From Squalus acanthias (lineage: Eukaryota): a stretch of DNA of 64,000 nt. The translations under genes and the position numbers were made by a program. Of this stretch, positions 50,104 through 61,980 are shown in pieces. Position 1 is the first letter of the stretch; every line of letters begins with the position of its first letter. Under the pieces are notes generated by a model that did not search any database, was not told the origin of the DNA, and saw only the letters and a list, made by a program, of their open reading frames with translations. The DNA lies in assembly GCA_030390025.1 (NCBI GenBank), contig CM059428.1, forward strand, positions 155,558,001 to 155,622,000. The letters run 5' to 3'.

Positions 50104-52494
50104 AGTTCTGTTCAGGTAGGTTTATGTTGGGACTATTTCCATCCTTCATGATGTGTTCACATTTGGTTTGATACGATATTGCCATGGATAGTCAGTTTTA
50201 GAAATATGTCCAGTTGGGTCCCATGTGAGTTTCTTTATTGCATGGAAAGCTTCATGGCAGTGTTAATGAACTTGCCAGCCTTTTATGTAAATCAACTGTA
50301 TTTGAGTTGGCATTCAAGACAGTCCATTAGACTCGTATGCAGCTTTTTAAGATCTACGGTTGTTTCCCAGTTTCATTTGGATCAAAAAGTTGTTGCATTA
50401 TTTTATCCACATTGTTAGGACTGTGACCTAATTTCCTGTAGATGCTCACAAAGTCCTAAGCTGCATCTAATGCAGAGCAATTGGAAGCCTGAAAGGTTTG
50501 TTTTCTATGGTGCGAAGGCCCAAGGCAAACCACTGATTAATGAATAGCCAAGTGGCTGACAATGCATTGTAACTACTATGTTGGGGGAAAAAGTTTGGGG
50601 GGTGAAGGTTAAATCCACCTGTTCTATGCGTGCTTTCTGGGCATTACTGATAGCTCGTTCCAGTTTAATAGCATATATCTGGCTGCCACATGAAGCATTC
50701 CTCTCCTTTATTGGACATTACTATCCAGATTTAATTGCAGTGCACAATCATTCCTTTGGCAGATGAGTGCTGACAGCTGAGGTTATGTCTCCTACATATG
50801 GCCTAACTGTACTACGGTGTGCTCGTGTGTGTTCAGGAGGCTAGATTATCAACATGGTAGCTCAGTCTTCAATTTTTGAAGAATACGTCTTTCAAAAGCT
50901 ACAATTTCCCACAGGCCCTGGGGCATGTTTTGTTTTTTGGGTGTCACTCTGTTGAGTGGTTTGCTTCACTTTAAAACAATATGGCCATGGTGATGGGCCT
51001 GGTAATTCTCTCAAATGCAGGAGCAGGTAACAATGTGCAATGCTGCACACTTGCAATATCAGTGGCACTTTCGTGTGAATACTTAGCACATGGTTTCCCA
51101 GGAGCTATTAAGCCAGGCTTCAGTATGTGGAGGATGCATATCATTCAAGGCATCAAGATTGCTCTATCGGGTAGGTAATCTATCTGCTGAGTGCTCTTCA
51201 GTTGAAGTAGCTGTGGTAGGGTAACTGGGTATGTTAATCCCCTAAAACTGCTTTCTACTCCATATGTTTACAACAGTTTGAACTGTATCACTGGCTGTTG
51301 CCCACATTTTTAAGGTTTGTTTTAAACCCACGAAAGACTTATGAGCAGGCAGACTTTGGTAGAATGGTCACATGGCTTAAGGAGAAAAAGGTTTGGTGAA
51401 ACATTTTTGTATTAACTAATGCATTAGCTAAACTGTTTTTTTAAATCTCCAAATGGTTGCTTAATGTGTCTAGATGCAGGTTTAAATTATGTATGCATTC
51501 TACACTAATTTTCAGAGTATGGTGCATGAAGATGTCAGGAGTGCTAAATTTAGCATCTTATTGTGCAGGTCCAGCATATGGGCTTACATTGTCAATTAGT
51601 GATTCGCATTATGTTTTAACGTGAGCATTGATCTTTTTACTATCACAAGCTTTTAGGACATAATTCCATTGTGGGAGACTTCATGGAATTCTGCTGTGTA
51701 TTTTGAGATGAATTAGGCAGTAGTGGTGACACTTCAGTATTGAGGCAGGCTAGCTAGGACTGATGTAGTGAAGTGTGAAAGGGGAGTCAAGTTTTTTTTT
51801 GTCATGTAGGTAATTGTACTGAGGACTGGGACTTTGGTACAAATTCAGCAGACAAAGATTTACTTTGAAGTAGATACTGTTTTAAGGTCGATGTGCTCTA
51901 ACAAGACCCTTCATTGTGTAACTGAGTTCCAAAGTGTCTCATGTGCTGCCAGTGCATGACTATATCTTTTCATGAGCCTCACTCATTTCCTATCTCTTTG
52001 TAGCATCAAAAACAAAGAATTATGTAAACTTTGCTGTTGATGTGGCATACCTCACTTTGCTAGTCAGTATCGTGGACTGAATGGTACTCAACGAGCAAGA
52101 ACTGTATGGCTCTCGCCAACTTCTTAACTCAACTGCTGCAAACTATTGTTTCTGCCACACAACGCTGGACCTGCAGAATCTGTATAGCTAAGGCCCCGTA
52201 CTGCTCGATGAATGAATGGAAGCCATTCAAAAAAATTATTGAGCCCATGTGGCGGTGGTGGACATTTCCCATTATCTGAAACTAGTATGTGGAAAACACA
52301 ATTCTGTTAACTGCTTTAGTATCCCAGGTAAAAGTCTAAATCCACATCCTGAAATAACTTGTGTGGTTTTTGGGAGCCAACGACAAGTGAACCACATTTA
52401 ATATCATAGCAACAACATTAAAATGAAACGAAGCCTTTTCCTGGACAAATAGTCAAAAATTTCAGTGTGAGAAAGTACAGAAACTAAATTAGGT

Positions 52495-52855
52495 GTATAA
52501 TAGTGCAATGCTTATGTTACTGGATTAGTAATTCAGAAAACGCAAGTGCAAATCCCACCATGGCAGTTTAAGAATTTGAATTCGGCTTTTATTTTAAAAA
52601 AAAAACTGTTATCAGTGAAAGTGACCGTGAATTTGTCAAATTGGCATTAAAATTGATTCACTAATGTCCTTTTGGGAAGCAAAGCTGCTGTCCTTTCTGG
52701 TCTGGCCTACATGTGACTCCAGTGCCACACTAATGTGGTTGACTCTCAACTTCCATCTGAGGTGGCCGAATAAGCCACACACTTATCAGGGCAACTAGGG
52801 GTAGGCAATAAATGTCAGCCTTGCCAGTGATACCCACATCCTGAGGAATGCTTCT
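52495..52855 (+). mobile_element. Decayed SINE sharing its 3' tail with the LINE at 23445-24450
   Basis: Decayed tRNA-like head (CAAATCCCACCATGGCAG) and tail GGGCAACTAGGGGTAGGCAATAAATGTCAGCCTTGCCAGTGATACCCACATCC. Confidence 0.7.
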
Positions 52856-53930
52856 TAAATTACCCATATTGGGCATGTGTGGTGTGATTCCTACCTGACA
52901 GACATTTTACACCTTCTATAAAATTGTATGGGGACTGCTTTAGATAGGAGAGAAATGCAATTGGTGTTTGCTGGGAGTGCAGAAAGTAAATTAATACAGT
53001 AAAAGTACAACTCTGCCAGATCCTTTGCTTGTAATTCCTGCCTAATGAACTAGGAGATACTGTGTTATGGCTCAAATAATTCTTGTTCACTTTTGCTGGA
53101 GTATTTTTTTATTTAGACACTTGATGCTTTACTAGATATTGAGCAGTAAATTCTAAACTAAATAATAGGAGTAGACACAGAACCTTGCATGTAGCTGTTT
53201 CTACTGAGTTTAAACTGTGATTTTAAAAAAGCAGAAGCCGGTAGGAATGGATTAGTGCGTGCAGTGCTCACAGGAAAGTGCACTGCATGAAAAACTGGTA
53301 ATGACTTATTAAAAGACCTGGTTGCATTCATGACATTTAGTTGCTATTGGAAGTGTTGATTGTGCAATATTGATTTGGGGATACACCACCCACGTAATAT
53401 TGAAATGAGAAAAATGGTGAGAAAGGAATTAACTTCAGTGAAATATCTGAGAAATGTATATACTTTGTGTGTGTAATTCTGGTACAATGTACCCAAGGCA
53501 CAATGCGCAAGGGAGTAAGTGGGGCCTTGTGACCTATGGACATCTACATCTGGGCTTACACATAAACAAAACGGTTGCTAAGGTGTTGTGGCAAGAATAG
53601 GACATATTTGCTTTGATCTGTCAATCTAACGTCCAGCAACCTTTTTGTTCTAAGAATCCCATTGAAGATGAACAAAAATGTGCAGTGAAACCTGGTTACT
53701 TAGACATGTAGTTACTGGTCATTTGTTCAGATTTGGGATCAACTCTGACTTAGTCAGTTTAAATATGTGTGGGTTCCTTTAAACAGAATATGACTATTAA
53801 TCCAGGAAGGTACGATTTGCGCTTTACTGTTGTATAGTTTCTGCAAATGTAGCCAAATTTCATCATACACAACTTAATGTTGAGATTTGAAAACCTTTTG
53901 TTTTCATTTTGTAAAGAACTGTATCTACTT

Positions 53931-54698
53931 TGTCTCAGCGTTGGCTCACAGGTAGCACGCTCGCCTGAGTTAGGAGGCCAGGAGTTCAAGCTCCACTCCA
54001 GAGACCTGAGCACATAATCTTGGCTGACACTCCAGTGCAGTACTGAGGGAGCGCTGCACTGTCGGAGGTGCCCTCTTTCGGATGAGACGTTAAACCGAGG
54101 CCCCGCCTGCTCTCTCAGGTGGATGTAAAAGATCCTACGGCACTATTTTGAAGAAGAGCATGGTAGTTATCCCCAGTGTCCTGGCCAATATTTATCCCTC
54201 AATCAACATCACTAAAAACAGATTATCTGGTCATTATCACGTTGCTGTTTGTGGGAGCTTGCTGTGTGCAAATTGGCTGCCGCATTTCCTACATTACAAC
54301 AGTGACTACACTTCAAAAAGTACTTCATTGGCTGTAAAGCGCTTTGGGACGTCCGATGGTCATGAAAGGCGCTACAGAAATGGAAGTCTTTCTTTACTGA
54401 GGGAGAGCTGCACTGTCTGTGCTACCTTCTTTCAGATGAGGCATTAAACAGAGGTCCTATTTGTCCTCTCGGATGGATGTAAAAGATCCCACAGTACTGT
54501 TCAAAGTGCAGCAGGGGAGTTTTCCACGTGTCCTGACCAATATTCATCCCTCAACCAATTAGTAATTTATTTTATCAGTGTTTGTGGGACCTTGCTGCCA
54601 TGATCCCCCTACATTACAGCAGTAATTACAGTTCAAAAGTAATTCTTTGGACATCCAGAGGTCATGAAAGATGCTATATAAATGAAAATCCTTCCTTT
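53931..54698 (+). mobile_element. Two tandem Deu-SINE copies (full length ~53931-54395; headless, more decayed ~54396-54698)
   Basis: Both are collinear with the copy at 22864-23310. Confidence 0.85.
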
Positions 54699-54710
54699 AC
54701 TTGAATTGTA

Positions 54711-54840
54711 CCTGTACCTGAAGAAGGAGCGGAGCTCCGAAAGCTCGTAATTTTAAATAAATCTGTTGGACCATAACCTGGTGTTGTGCGACTTCTCATT
54801 TTTGTCCACCCCAGTCCAACACCGGCATCTCCGCATCATG
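54711..54840 (+). mobile_element. Short Penelope-like terminal-repeat insert with a minimal hammerhead ribozyme core
   Basis: TAC-CTGAAGA-A-GGAGC(GGA)GCTCC-GAAA-GC-TC-GTA at 54715-54749, flanked by the direct repeat TGAATTGTA (54702-54710, 54839-54847). Confidence 0.75.
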
Positions 54841-55050
54841 AATTGTAAGGTGTTGAGAACATTGTCTCACATCTCCCCAGTGGAAAGAAGCAGCTTGGGC
54901 CACTTTAATGGACTAAATTGGAGACGGGGAGTGCTTTAAACAAATAAAGGCATGCTAATTACTAATGCATTTAAACCGTACTAAAAGTCTTGTATGAATA
55001 ATGCAAATTATTCTTCATGAGGTATTGATTCTCTCTTTGTAATTCCACAG

Positions 55051-55344
55051 GAACTTCGAAAACCTAGTTATGCAGAGATTTGCCAGAGAAGTGCTAAAGA
55101 ATCTCTAACACTACAGCCACAGAAGGAGCAAAAACCCAACACTGCAATCAGCAACAAAGATGACAAAAAAGCTCCAGAAAACCCAGTCGATAAAGAGTCT
55201 AAAAATAAAGACCTGCCTCTTGGAAAGGCAAACCCAGGGAAGCCGAGAGACCAGCGAAGACAATCGGGTCGCAGAACACCCCCTCAGGGCATCAACAAGC
55301 GTACAAATAAAGAGCAGCACACCCCCCCCAAATCACCCAACTGA
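55051..55344 (+). CDS. LARP4B: LARP4B last coding exon (ELRKPSYAEICQR...EQHTPPKSPN*)
   Basis: cag|GAA acceptor, phase 0, TGA at 55342-55344. ELRKPSYAEICQR and the TPPKSP terminus match LARP4B. Confidence 0.96.
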   Translation, partial: ELRKPSYAEICQRSAKESLTLQPQKEQKPNTAISNKDDKKAPENPVDKESKNKDLPLGKANPGKPRDQRRQSGRRTPPQGINKRTNKEQHTPPKSPN

Positions 55345-58300
55345 AGGTGCAGAAATTGTGGCATTGATTAAAGGGTCTGGTCTGTTCAAGTGTAATCCCC
55401 CCCCAAGTCTCCAATCAGAGCACAGAGGTTGTTGAAATAATGGGTTGCTGGAAAAGGGCTTGAAGGCAACAAAAAGCACTTTTTGTATTGGGAGTGAGAG
55501 TGTAATACTACTTGCCTTAGGCTACCACTTTTCAGTATTTGGTGAAATGTTGTGTAATGTCTACTGTAACTTAATCTCTTGCTCAGTTATGGATTGGGAA
55601 AAGATTCTTCGCCCATTTGAAGGTGGGGGGAATAAATGGAACCATGATCAGCAAACTGGCATGAGCGTTATGCTGTGGGCCAGAATGTGGTCTTTTATGT
55701 TAACAGTGTGATTTGTTTGCTGTAATTACACAAGGATAAAATGGGGAGCAGTAGACATTGGATCTACTTTCATGGTGTTAAGCAGTGTTGCAGGTGGCTT
55801 TCTGTTCCACAGATCGATTTAGCACAGAATATGATCAGTGTGTGAATGCTGACATGGAAAAAAATAAATATTTTTTTGTTTCTATATAGAGGCTAGTGGC
55901 TTGAAGTACAACAAATCTCAAACCCATTAGGTGTTAGTGGGAAGTGATTGGATTAATAACCTGGATGGTAGATTTAACAGAAAAAAGCTGTCTAGTTTCT
56001 TTCTTTTCTGTTGTGGGTAGGTTTCCATTGGTCTTGATGCTTCAGAGTTTACTTTTGCACTGTTAATAGTAAGCGGCCAGTTGATTTTTGGATAAGGGTA
56101 GGGCTACTGTCCAATGTGTAACACATAGTGATTATGAATCACTGCAAAAGACTGGTTTATGTACCTATGTGCTCTAAAGTAGGTGGCGACAGTTGTTTAT
56201 TTTTAATGCTCTGTTCCAAGTGCTTTTTTTTTTCTTTAAAGAGAAACTCCCAGTCAATACACTGGCACCTTTCTGTAATTTGGTACGTTGTAGAGTACTT
56301 GAAATGGGGTGAGAATTAAAGTTTGGAGTGGAATTCCCCCGAATTTTCACAATGTTTTTGTCTTGCCAGTTTTTTTTTCTAATAGCGATTCATCTCTGCT
56401 GTGTGTAAAATGTTAGATTAGTTGCTGAGTTTTTTTTTAAATATATAATTTTGAAGGACAGGAGTGCACTGAGTCTACTGCCATCTACTAATGTTGCAGG
56501 TGATATGTGGCTGCTTCTTGTTTTGCTACACAGGAAGAAATTATTGGCTTTTTAAAAATTCCTATGGCTAGTCGTCATAGTAACCCAGACTAAATTAACT
56601 GCTTCAAAAAGAGAGAGAAGGCAGTACAGCACTAGGCACAAACTTGCTGGTCATAGGAGACAATGGGTAAGTTATTCCATAAAGGGTATTATTATTTCAA
56701 CAACTGTGTTCTTTTCATGCTATAAATTAATTTCCATCCAGTGTCAAAATGAGAAACTTGAATTTCATTTTAAACTTGAAAATGACTTTGCCTTAACTTT
56801 TGTACGAGACAGATTTAGATGTTGCTATAACTGACCCCAGAGGGTTGGAATGGGCAAGATAAAGTTACTCAGTTACATCTACTGTCACTAGTCTTACTGG
56901 GTAAATCAGATGTGTGCAAACTAGCAGTAAATAGCATTTTTTGTAATATAATTTATGAAAGATCTTAAAGTTGGATCCTTTTTTCAGATTGTTAAAAACC
57001 CTGTAAATGCAAAGATAGTCAATACTGTATTAAACTTGTGCACTTGGAAGTGTGTGCTTTGCTTGTACAGTTGTAAATAATCAGAACATATAAAAGGTAC
57101 CTTTAAAAAAAACTGATATAAAAATATTGATATTGTTGGCATATCCTCAATGTTGCTGTTGAGCTGGATGTAGCAAAAAAAAATTAAGTGTTGTAGTCTG
57201 GATGTTTTTTTTCCTGGTGTGCTGAACTGATCCTGCCCTCACTGCAAAAGGGGAAATTGGGGAAATGCAGCAGTAAGATAAATGGCCTTTTTCCATTAAT
57301 TCTCTCTCCTCTCTTTCGTTCACTTCTCCCCCACCCCCCAAAACAAAAAAACCTGGTTACTAATAAACAGGTTCTAAAACTTTTGTCAGCCTGTTGATTT
57401 GCATCATTATTTTTAAATCTTAATTAACATCTCAGGTAACTGTTTAAAAATGCACACATCAAACAGGATGAAATTATGTATGAACTTAAAATATGTAATT
57501 GAATGGTAGAAAATAACTAAAGCAGCTGTGCCATTGCATTCTTCTTTACTAAGCGCTCTCATTTTCCCCTGGTGCCAGTGTGTGCAGCAGTTTGACAACT
57601 TGTATTGGGTTAAAGTCAACTGTGGGTTAATTTGCTTGGCTGCTGAAAGTATGGTGATCAACAGCTGCATCCGGTGAGAATTGCTGATCACACAACCAAT
57701 TCATTATCTTGTAGCCAACTGGTACATTTTTATTGTGATGTTCAGCATCCTGCTATAAGTGTGAGTGCACTGTTAATTATTTGCTTTTTTTTTAGTGAAG
57801 GGCACACAATTACTTGATTTCTGTTACTGGAGCAGGGAACTTTGATCATATCTGATCAGGGGGTTGTAGTGGGTACTGTTATTTCCATGACAGCAGCTGA
57901 ATATGAAGTTGCATTGTTTAACTGTCACGTCTGCGGAAGCTTGCTGTGTCAAAGCACACTGTCATAAACTTGGATCTAGGTAGGACAATTGAAACAGTGG
58001 ATAAAGCACTAAAAATGAGTAAATCTTCCAACATAAAACAGCTACCTGTTTGTGTTGCACCTCAGTAAAGTTACATAAGGATATCAAACTACACAATGTA
58101 TTGTGAATGCCACAACAGTACTGTTCTATTGATAGGTCACTGAGCTGTTAACATTAATCTGTTGCGGCCAATCATAATGACCCCTTTTGTCTGTCTGCGT
58201 GTAGTGCAGTTTATAAAAGCAGGAGATGGCCATGACGACGCCTATTGCTGTATTTACTTCAGCTTGTTGCAATTTTGTGTGTGTACTGTAACCAATTACA

Positions 58301-59520
58301 CTAACAATGGTGGACAATTGAGGATTTTAAGGGGAGGTAATGGCAGAACCTGCTTTGGAGTAGAAATCTATTGGAAGCATTGAGGGTTTTTTGTTTTGTT
58401 GTCTTAAAATGCTGCGATACAAACTGGAATCAAGCTTACATGTAAACTATTGGTAATTTAATTTTTCTTTTTTGTGTCATACAATGCAAAACTGTCTCAT
58501 TTGAAAATGTAGCTTATGAAAAATAAATTGAGTTAGCAATTGTAAAGTCAATTTGCTGTGATAGTGTTCTCTGCAATATGAATAATACTGACCCCCTAAA
58601 GCACAACCATTCTATTTCTTGCCACCTTAGCACAATATAAATATGATGGAGTGGTAAAGCACATGCATTTTTAGATGGTTTTTGCTACTTACGATATTAA
58701 TATCTACTAGGTCCATAGTGGGATTGACTGTCTAGGAAGTCAACACCCAAGGAACACTGAGTTATGAGAAAACTTGAGTTCTTCAGCTTTGAAATGAAGT
58801 GACTGAATGGAGACCTCTGCTATATTTGATAGCAAATGGTATAGAAAAGGTAAATCTGGAACACTACTTCAAGATAAACCGTGACTAGGAGAAAGACAAA
58901 CGGGTAAAAGGCAAATAGGACTGTTGCTGGAAGTTGATCATTTGCAGTGATTAATACTTGAATCATCGGGTCCAGAAAGTTAAAATCCTGGAATAATTTC
59001 AGAAAATATGGTGTGATGGTGAGAGACGATAAGTTATTCTGGAGTTGACGTTTCCCCATTTGCATGTACACAAAGAAAGGTGATGTGCAATGTAGTGCCT
59101 CCCTTCTAATATCAAACTAAAACTCAATGGTTTCTTGTGTGGTGTTTTGCTAACTTCGAGTTTGGGTTGACTTTTTGTTCGATCAGACTAAATTTGGTGC
59201 ACTTAGTGCATGTAATTAAACATTAATATATAGCTGAAATGCTCTTATTCATCCTCCACTTACTGAAAATTAGATTGAATGTTTTATTTTCAATCTGTTA
59301 CCAGGGCCAGGTTTTAAAAAGGTGATTAAGTTAAATTCTGTTCTTTGAAACTTTGTATCATGTTTTTGAATCATTGTTTTGAGGATTGTATTCTGTAACT
59401 CTATTAATTTTTCTCTTGAAAATGAAAAGCTTTTCATTGCATAAGCTTTTGGGATTTTAATGGTTGCTTGGAGATCAAAATCTGTGAATCATCATCCAGT
59501 TTTTTTTCCATGAAAACCTG
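55345..59520 (+). other. Presumptive long LARP4B 3' UTR (end uncertain)
   Basis: AT/U-rich and lacking recognisable LINE/SINE pieces, unlike the introns. AATAAA at 55631, 55863, 57362 and 58522; ATTAAA at 59215. Confidence 0.5.
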
Positions 59521-61896
59521 TTTAAGATGGCAATGTCCAACCTTTTGAGTCGGGGGGGCCTTAACTGACGGACGATACAGCAATGCAAGACTGATTCATT
59601 GAAAATTCAAATACCCCCACATGGAAAAATTGGAAAGGAATAAACACATACATGCACACCTTTCATAAACACACAAAGTCAGAATCACCTTCTCTTACAC
59701 ACAACCCAGAACATGTACACAAAGTTTCAAAGCCCCTATCCTTCGTCCCAGTACCCTCAGCCTATCCTCCTTCTCTTCAATGTCCTCACTCCCTACTACT
59801 ACTCCTCCTCATGACTCTCCTTATCCCATTTCACCCTTTGCTCAAAACCTGCAACAGTAAGAAGTTTCTGCTACAACTCCAAACTCCCACATTGTAAGGA
59901 TATTTGGTTGACTAAGGCTGATCCCTGATGGATGGAACCACTAGTCGAGGAGAAGACTTTGCTAGTCCGTCGGGCAGAGATTCAACGGGCTGCAGCTAAG
60001 TTCTTCATTTTTCCATGGCCTCTTCTCTCATTAACTATAGAAACCTTATTCTCTGCTGCAACTAGCTTCAGCTCCCAATGGAAGCAACCAAGGTTTAAAT
60101 AAGTGCTTGAGGTGAGAAGCATGGATAGATGAAAAGTGCTTTAGGATGGGATTTGGCCCACGATCTGCATGCTGGGCATTCCCACTTCCAAGACAGCTTG
60201 TCCCCCCATAAGCTACACATCACAGCATAAAGGCCGCCGTGCTCAGAGAACCAGTAGTACCGTAGACCCACAAAAAATCACTGAGGGAACTGGTTTCAGG
60301 AAACTTTCTCATGTTTCTATTGATGCAGTAATTGGGTCTCCAGGTTCTGCAGTTGAGCCCGGCGTGACTAACACCCACTGGTAAAATAGATTGGGGGGGT
60401 GGTGGGGGAGGGAGGAGAAGGGAGTGATGCATTGAGATTCCCTCTCTGGACGGTGTAAATTCGACAAATACTTTTGCTATGGCTGGTGCTACCCATAATT
60501 AAGGCATAATGTGTTTTTGTACCAAATCTGTTCACATCCATACACCTCCAGTGACTGAAGGTGCTTCTGATAGACTGGATCTATCTTCAGTCAATTCTGG
60601 TTTTCAGGTTATTGTACCAACCATGCATCTGGTAACATTCAGTATTTCTGAATCTGCGCTTGCCTACCAGATTAGTTTTCAGATTCGAGGAACCCCACCT
60701 CATCTCTCTACAAGGTACTTTACAGCCCTCTGGCCTTAACATTGGCTTTAGCAACTTCAGACCTTAACCATAGCTTCCATTTTCTCCTGGACAGCGGGTG
60801 CTGATAATGTAGAAAAGAGTGCACCAGCGCTTATTTGAATGGGGGAGGTTGTGGGCTGGTGCTTGGGATAGGGATTCCTGGTGGGGTAGTGTGCACCTTG
60901 GGTTGCCAGGTATTCCTGGAGGTTTGACCTCGTGACATCCGCAAATATTGCATTTGCCATCTGAAGGTTGGATCCCCTGTAGTTGAATATTTTTAAACGT
61001 GGTTTCCTGCCAGGAGCTGGTGTGAGAAGTTGCAAGAACCAGGAAGCCACCTGCGAGCAAGCGACTTGGGAAGAGGGCAAATCAAAGGTGGGGGAGGGAT
61101 TCGCAGGGGGGACCAAAGATGGGGGGAACTTTAATTTCACCAGTAACTAATAGTAATACCAGTAATGCTCATTCTGCTCGTACCCAACAGTAACACACTA
61201 ACTTGCTGATTGTCTACATAACTGGTAGCAATAGGTGTTGCATCTTAATATTCTACCTGTAACTAGTAGTAATCCTATAACTTGCTGATATTTACCCTGA
61301 AACTACAACCAGCATTCTCCTGCACTGCACAAGGTGTGGTCTGGTTCACTAGTCAATGCCACTTTTGACAGGACCCATCCCTCTCCCTATCGCCTCAGAT
61401 TCTGGTTTAGGACTGAGATTCTGTGTGAAGGTGACCACTCTGAACTTGGGAGTCTGTCAGAGCCGATCTGTACTTTGACTTCACGTGTCAAAATTGGCTG
61501 AAGACTTCTGTGGTGGCAGCTGGTGACATCACGAGTGGGGGTGCGGGGCGCCATGAGAAATTTTACGGGCAAATTTCTCACGTTGCTGGCAGCAATGCCT
61601 GGGCGATATATGCCCCATTCCAAGAGATGGCCAGACAATCCAGGAGGACTTGGCAACCTTATCTGTACCCCTGGTGTCACTTGCCTTTTTCTTTCACCAT
61701 GCACCTGGGTCACCTGGAGACAAATCTTGTATGCTTCCCTACCCCTCCCTTTACTAACCACTTATCCACTGAGTCACCTCTCATTGTCTCCTTTTGTCAC
61801 TTATGTCATTTCCTATTCTACACCTAATCAGAGTCCATTGTTGTGTTTTCTTCCCCCTCCCCACCCCCTTTTTCCCTGGTTATGTTCCTCATAAGG

Positions 61897-61980
61897 TTGA
61901 GAAGTCGCACAACACCAGGTTATAGTCCAACAGTTTTATTTGAAATGACGAGCTTTCGGAGCTCTGCTCCTTCAGGTACA
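61897..61980 (-). mobile_element. Third copy of the 54711 family, with 3 nt deleted from the hammerhead core
   Basis: Reverse complement reads TGTACCTGAAGGAGCAGAGCTCCGAAAGCTCGTC...CTGTTGGACTATAACCTGGTGTTGTGCGACTTCTC. Confidence 0.75.

Noticed and set aside
55111-55435. Track ORFs 55160-55435 (+) and 55111-55320 (-) as the last exon
   Set aside because: They are in the wrong frame or strand. The LARP4B-like frame starts at 55051 and stops at 55344.
55476-56795. miRNA seed matches in the UTR (GCACTTT, TGCCTTA, TTGCACT, TGCACTGA)
   Set aside because: 7-8-mers are expected by chance in several kb and mean little without conservation data.
60757-61894. ORFs of 98-127 aa downstream of the gene as a neighbouring gene
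   Set aside because: They overlap on both strands, have no recognisable domain, and show no consistent splice structure.
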